Source of the DNA: a virus
Lineage: Duplodnaviria > Caudoviricetes
IMG/VR virus record: IMGVR_UViG_3300046010_003086
Coordinates: 1-38,876 of that record
DNA: 38,876 nucleotides
Strand: one strand, 5' to 3'
The translations under genes were made by a program, and so were the position numbers. The notes under the pieces are model-generated. The model had not been told where the DNA came from, ran no database searches, and saw only the letters and a list, made by a program, of their open reading frames with translations. Of the stretch, positions 35,274-38,876 are shown in pieces (within the stretch, counting starts at the first letter, position 1; every line of letters starts with the position of its first letter).

Positions 35274-35501
35274 CTACCTCTTTGTCCGTTTGGCTACGAG
35301 TAGAGCATATATCTCATCTACTCGACTCTCTAGTTTGTCTATCTTCTTCTCGATCTCAACGACTCGATCCTTCATAGATGAGCCACTATTCGGCTTGAGT
35401 TCCACGAGATAGTGCTTCACAAGAAACCGCACCGCTATAGCTAGTGAGCCTGTGATGGATGTGAAGGCAAGTATCAACCCTGCCCAGTCGTTCGCTGTCA
35501 T
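35274..35501 (-). CDS. Membrane protein in lysis cassette
   Basis: N-terminal TM, ELKPNSGSSMKD, coiled coil. Confidence 0.7.
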   Translation of the reverse strand: MTANDWAGLILAFTSITGSLAIAVRFLVKHYLVELKPNSGSSMKDRVVEIEKKIDKLESRVDEIYALLVAKRTKR

Positions 35502-35518
35502 GTGTCAGATGATAACAG

Positions 35519-36145
35519 TTACGCAATGATGGCTACGCCGTTGAGGATGATTTTGGATGTGGCATCTAGGACTGTAGGCGAGTTGTGATCTACGATATCT
35601 GATCCGCCGTTAGATGTAGGCGACCATAGATACATATTGGATGAGCCCTGCGCTAGTAATCCGAAGATGGTGTAGGTGTTGCCGTTGTCTGTGATATATC
35701 CAGGAGCTACAACATCGTGTGCAAAGGTAGGGAAACCTGCAGGAAGGGTGAAGTAAATCTGACCAGTCCCCCAGTTGGTGACAGTCGTACCGAGTATCTC
35801 TGCATAGGCTGTCAGCATCTTGCCCACGCGCTCGCCCTCTACTGTCACAGGTGTGCCAGTGTAGGTGATGTTGTTGTTCACAGTTTTCAGCACAGGATTG
35901 GTAGTGATGATGGTCGGAGACAGGTTGTTGTCAGCTATCTCTATGAACGCTGTGCCATTCCAGTATTTGAGCAGGTCAGCATCGGTGTCGTAGTACATAT
36001 CGCCCACGCGTGGATTTGTAGGTGTGCTCGTATCAAAGTCCACATTGGGAGCTGTAAGTCTCTGCGCTGTTTCTAGCTTGCGCAGTCTCTGATCTAGGTC
36101 AGACATAATCATGCGCAGATCGAAGGGCTGATTGATATATGCCAT
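35519..36145 (-). CDS. Minor tail protein
   Basis: LDQRLRKLE coil, GDMYYDTD..KYWNG, C-terminal FTLPAGF beta domain. Confidence 0.7.
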   Translation of the reverse strand: MAYINQPFDLRMIMSDLDQRLRKLETAQRLTAPNVDFDTSTPTNPRVGDMYYDTDADLLKYWNGTAFIEIADNNLSPTIITTNPVLKTVNNNITYTGTPVTVEGERVGKMLTAYAEILGTTVTNWGTGQIYFTLPAGFPTFAHDVVAPGYITDNGNTYTIFGLLAQGSSNMYLWSPTSNGGSDIVDHNSPTVLDATSKIILNGVAIIA

Positions 36146-36151
36146 GAGTCC

Positions 36152-37249
36152 TCAGTTCGTAGTCGTAGTCAGGGTCAGGGTCACGCGCTCTGGCCCATCC
36201 TCACCTGGCTGTACTGATAGTCCGACTATGCGGTAGATAGCATCTAGTGTCCCAGGGAATCGCTCATCTTGGATGACGAGTCGAGCATCATCACCTATCT
36301 GATAGTCACCTAGCTGAGGTGTGGCATATGCCGGTACTACTATCTTGATGGTCGTAGGCGGATAGGCGACTGCGAGTACCTGACCGGTAGCGAGCTCCTG
36401 TAGGTAGGTCGCATCTGTGACATCTGAGTAGTTAGCCTGTTCCTCTAGCAACGGCCACCCATCGGCCAAGAGGGTCGTATCCTGCGCAGTCTCTATCAGC
36501 TTGCCCTCGTTCGATCCTGCGCCGAGCGCATAGACAGTATTGGCTGCTATAGCTCCATCTTCTGGGTACTCATACTCCACGATGTTCCCTGCAGGGAACT
36601 CGAATACGAGAGCCTCTGGGTCAGTCGGATCATAGACAGTACCTGTGCGCGGATAGCCGAGGATTAGAGTCTTGAGTGGCTCGTTTGTGATGGGGTCATA
36701 GGACACCTGGATGTTGAAATCAAAGCCATCCTCACCTCTAGAGAGGTCTTGGATAGCGTTATAGACACCCTTGAGCTCGTAGTCGTAGTAGGTACGAGAG
36801 AGCAGTACGCCCGATGTTTCTGTCCCTACGATGACTCCGATATCGCCCTCCGGTGGAGTCTGCGCGGTATTCATGATGGTACGAGCTATGACTAGCTGGT
36901 CTATGTTGGTGAAATCTATAGTGGTGGTGATGCGCCTACGCTCGAAGTAGGACTCGAACTCTCTAGCCATGAGATTGAGTGTCTGATCCGCGCTGTTATA
37001 TGTACGCCCCCAGATGACTCCGCCCCATATCAGGATGCCGTTTCGATCTACATACAGACCGGTACGACCAGGGATAGTCGAGGCATTGACATTGAACTCG
37101 GCAGTAGCCATGCCTGAGAGCAGTAGATGACCCTGTAGTGCTCCAGCCTGATTGAGCTGTTGCGTGAACGAGACTCCTGTGAGAGGTAGCTCCGCGAGGA
37201 TGTCATTGGTCAGTAGATCGGCAAAGAGATACCGATAGGTAGTAGTCAT
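36152..37249 (-). CDS. Baseplate hub / Tal-like minor tail protein
   Basis: ILAELPL..VSF..LN..G, IWGGVIW, GFDF, ANTVYALG and YQIGD motifs. Confidence 0.8.
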   Translation of the reverse strand: MTTTYRYLFADLLTNDILAELPLTGVSFTQQLNQAGALQGHLLLSGMATAEFNVNASTIPGRTGLYVDRNGILIWGGVIWGRTYNSADQTLNLMAREFESYFERRRITTTIDFTNIDQLVIARTIMNTAQTPPEGDIGVIVGTETSGVLLSRTYYDYELKGVYNAIQDLSRGEDGFDFNIQVSYDPITNEPLKTLILGYPRTGTVYDPTDPEALVFEFPAGNIVEYEYPEDGAIAANTVYALGAGSNEGKLIETAQDTTLLADGWPLLEEQANYSDVTDATYLQELATGQVLAVAYPPTTIKIVVPAYATPQLGDYQIGDDARLVIQDERFPGTLDAIYRIVGLSVQPGEDGPERVTLTLTTTTN

Positions 37250-37264
37250 TGCCGACCTTCCTAA

Positions 37265-37501
37265 CTATGCGCTAGCTATAGCGTTGGCTTCTTCTTCGGT
37301 CAAACCTAATGCGGTCAGTTTAGCAAGAGCAGATGCTTTGGCTTCGGCTTTGGCTTCTATTTCTGCTTGGAACTTAGCCCAACGCTCAGCACTTTCTATT
37401 GCCATGCGTTCTCTATCTGCGATTTCTTCTTCCGTCAAAGGCTCAATGGTGATTTCGCCCGTTTCGCAGTTCATAATCTGCTTAGTCAGTACCTCGGTCA
37501 T
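37265..37501 (-). CDS. Small tail-fibre chaperone-like protein
   Basis: NCETGE...LTEEEI...KLTALGLTEEE; SD AAGG. Confidence 0.65.
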   Translation of the reverse strand: MTEVLTKQIMNCETGEITIEPLTEEEIADRERMAIESAERWAKFQAEIEAKAEAKASALAKLTALGLTEEEANAIASA

Positions 37502-37511
37502 TTTTTTCCTT

Positions 37512-38021
37512 TCATAGTCCGTAGAGGGAGAAAGTTGATCCTGCGTAGATAGCGTTGGAAGCACCTAGTTCTGGAAATAACTCAATCCTATTTATAGCTG
37601 CGGTGTTATTCCATTTGGCGTGTTGTGACCAATAGTAGGAAGTTGTAGCCGAACCACTATCTGAAAAGTTCAATGCCATTGGCAGTTTCGCTAGGTTAGT
37701 TTGCGCATAGTTTGGAATCATGAGTATCGAGTTGCCATATTCGCCACTCACGGAAGTATCAGTAGTAGCACCTGGGCCGACATATCCTGGCGTGTCTGTT
37801 CCAGGCGCACTACTCGTAGTCGCTATCAAACGGAGACTTCCATAGTTTGTATTGCTTGATGTATCGGTATTGAACCGCGCATATAACACTTCAATGCTCG
37901 CACCTGTGCGGTTAGTGCGCGCATAGAGAAACAACATCAAGTTTTGATAGGTGCTTGGGATAGAGCTAAAAACGACTGTGGACTGATTTGATCCAAGTGT
38001 TTGTGTTTGTATTAGTTTCAT
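37512..38021 (-). CDS. Tail-tip-associated protein, paralog 3
   Basis: MKLIQTQTL..VFSSIPSTY..L ... AAINRI ... FSLYGL. Confidence 0.65.
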   Translation of the reverse strand: MKLIQTQTLGSNQSTVVFSSIPSTYQNLMLFLYARTNRTGASIEVLYARFNTDTSSNTNYGSLRLIATTSSAPGTDTPGYVGPGATTDTSVSGEYGNSILMIPNYAQTNLAKLPMALNFSDSGSATTSYYWSQHAKWNNTAAINRIELFPELGASNAIYAGSTFSLYGL

Positions 38022-38030
38022 AGTAGCACC

Positions 38031-38498
38031 TCAGAATCCGTACACCGAAATAGTAGTTGTCGTTGTGAAATTGAAAGTGCTATAAATATAAAGTGAGGTG
38101 ATAGCAGATGTAATGTCCAAATAACCACCACCATAAAGAATTTCTTGATTTCCAGTTCTATTACCTGAATTGATTTGCGCGTTTTTCTTTTTATCACCGC
38201 GATAATCAAAGAAAAACATTTCAAAATCCCATTCGTTTAGACTGCCGACTTTCCAACCCACAGCCTGTAGAGCGTTAGCAAGACCACCCTCAGCAGTAGT
38301 TCCTTGACCTACTGAAGCGGAAGCAAAGTTCTGAAAATAATTTTGAGAAACTGAATTATCATTTGGGCGTACATAAATAGTTCCTGTTCCTGTTAGAGAA
38401 CCAGTTCCTACTACATAAAGATGTGTGTATGCGCCAAGTGAAGTAAAACTTATTACCGCAGAACTGCCTGTACCGTTTTGAGTTCCTATTAGTTTCAT
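38031..38498 (-). CDS. Tail-tip-associated protein, paralog 2
   Basis: MKLIGTQ..ISFTS..YTHL ... SAITSL ... ISVYGF; its 5' part is also at 1..174. Confidence 0.65.
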   Translation of the reverse strand: MKLIGTQNGTGSSAVISFTSLGAYTHLYVVGTGSLTGTGTIYVRPNDNSVSQNYFQNFASASVGQGTTAEGGLANALQAVGWKVGSLNEWDFEMFFFDYRGDKKKNAQINSGNRTGNQEILYGGGYLDITSAITSLYIYSTFNFTTTTTISVYGF

Positions 38499-38876
38499 AT
38501 TAGCCCTTTATTCCGTAAAGCCACGCTTGGCAGTTTGCCGCCCATACATAACTAGACGCTTCTGTGAACATAGAGATTTTTGTAATAGCCGATGTGTTAT
38601 TCCAAAATACAGAAAAATGATCCGCGTGAGCATCATTACTTGTAGAACTTACTGCCCTGACTCCGCATAACTTTTTATAGGAAGTATTCGCGTAGTCATA
38701 AATATCTATGACATTTACGCCAAACATGCTTTGTGCGCTTCGTGTGCCTAGACCAAAACTATTGTTTGCCGCTTCGCGGAATGAAGAACCATTTGAACCA
38801 ACTACATTTAGAAATTGAAATCCGCCGTTATAGTAGTTTCCGCTTGTTGTGTCGTTGTTGAAAGCGACTTTACAAC
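38325..38876. repeat. Right copy of imperfect terminal direct repeat; contains the 3' part of a variant allele of the 176..733 gene
   Basis: Begins aaagttctgaaaataattttgag and ends cgactttacaac, as at 1 and 552. Confidence 0.95.

Noticed and set aside
38018-38224. 68-aa minus-strand ORF
   Set aside because: Out-of-frame overlap with 38031..38498, which has the paralog motifs
38325-38876. Physical direct terminal repeat of the virion DNA
   Set aside because: Ends fall mid-gene in the tail cassette and the copies differ; better explained as an assembly overlap of variants
1-38876. Stop-codon reassignment, given frequent TAG/CTAG
   Set aside because: Genes are full length in the standard code, and TAG, TGA and TAA all end genes at expected boundaries

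Overview
Essentially complete, circularly permuted ~38.3 kb genome of a siphovirus-type tailed phage, almost entirely encoded on the minus strand. Positions 1-552 recur imperfectly at 38325-38876. WhiB, an SLT-like enzyme and the gene style point to an actinobacterial host (probably freshwater; inference). Modules read on the minus strand: recombination/replication (SSAP, PD-(D/E)XK exonuclease, WhiB, HTH initiator with iterons, RusA), small accessory genes, SSB, HNH, a ParB + Mom-like DNA-modification pair, TerS/TerL, a fibre-like cassette, portal, MuF, protease/scaffold, capsid, neck, tail (with -1 frameshift chaperone), a low-GC tail-tip cassette, lysis genes, a phosphoesterase block and a split C5-methyltransferase. 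I found no integrase, repressor, DNA polymerase, reverse transcriptase or CRISPR array. Most notable: (1) a 73-nt tRNA-Gly(CCC)-like cloverleaf with non-ribosomal features inside the 3' end of the Mom-like gene, a candidate dedicated glycyl donor for adenine hypermodification; (2) a three-piece, multi-TRD cytosine methyltransferase with a nested alternative-frame ORF; (3) near-total absence of several restriction-site motifs. All calls come from reading the sequence by eye, with no database searches.
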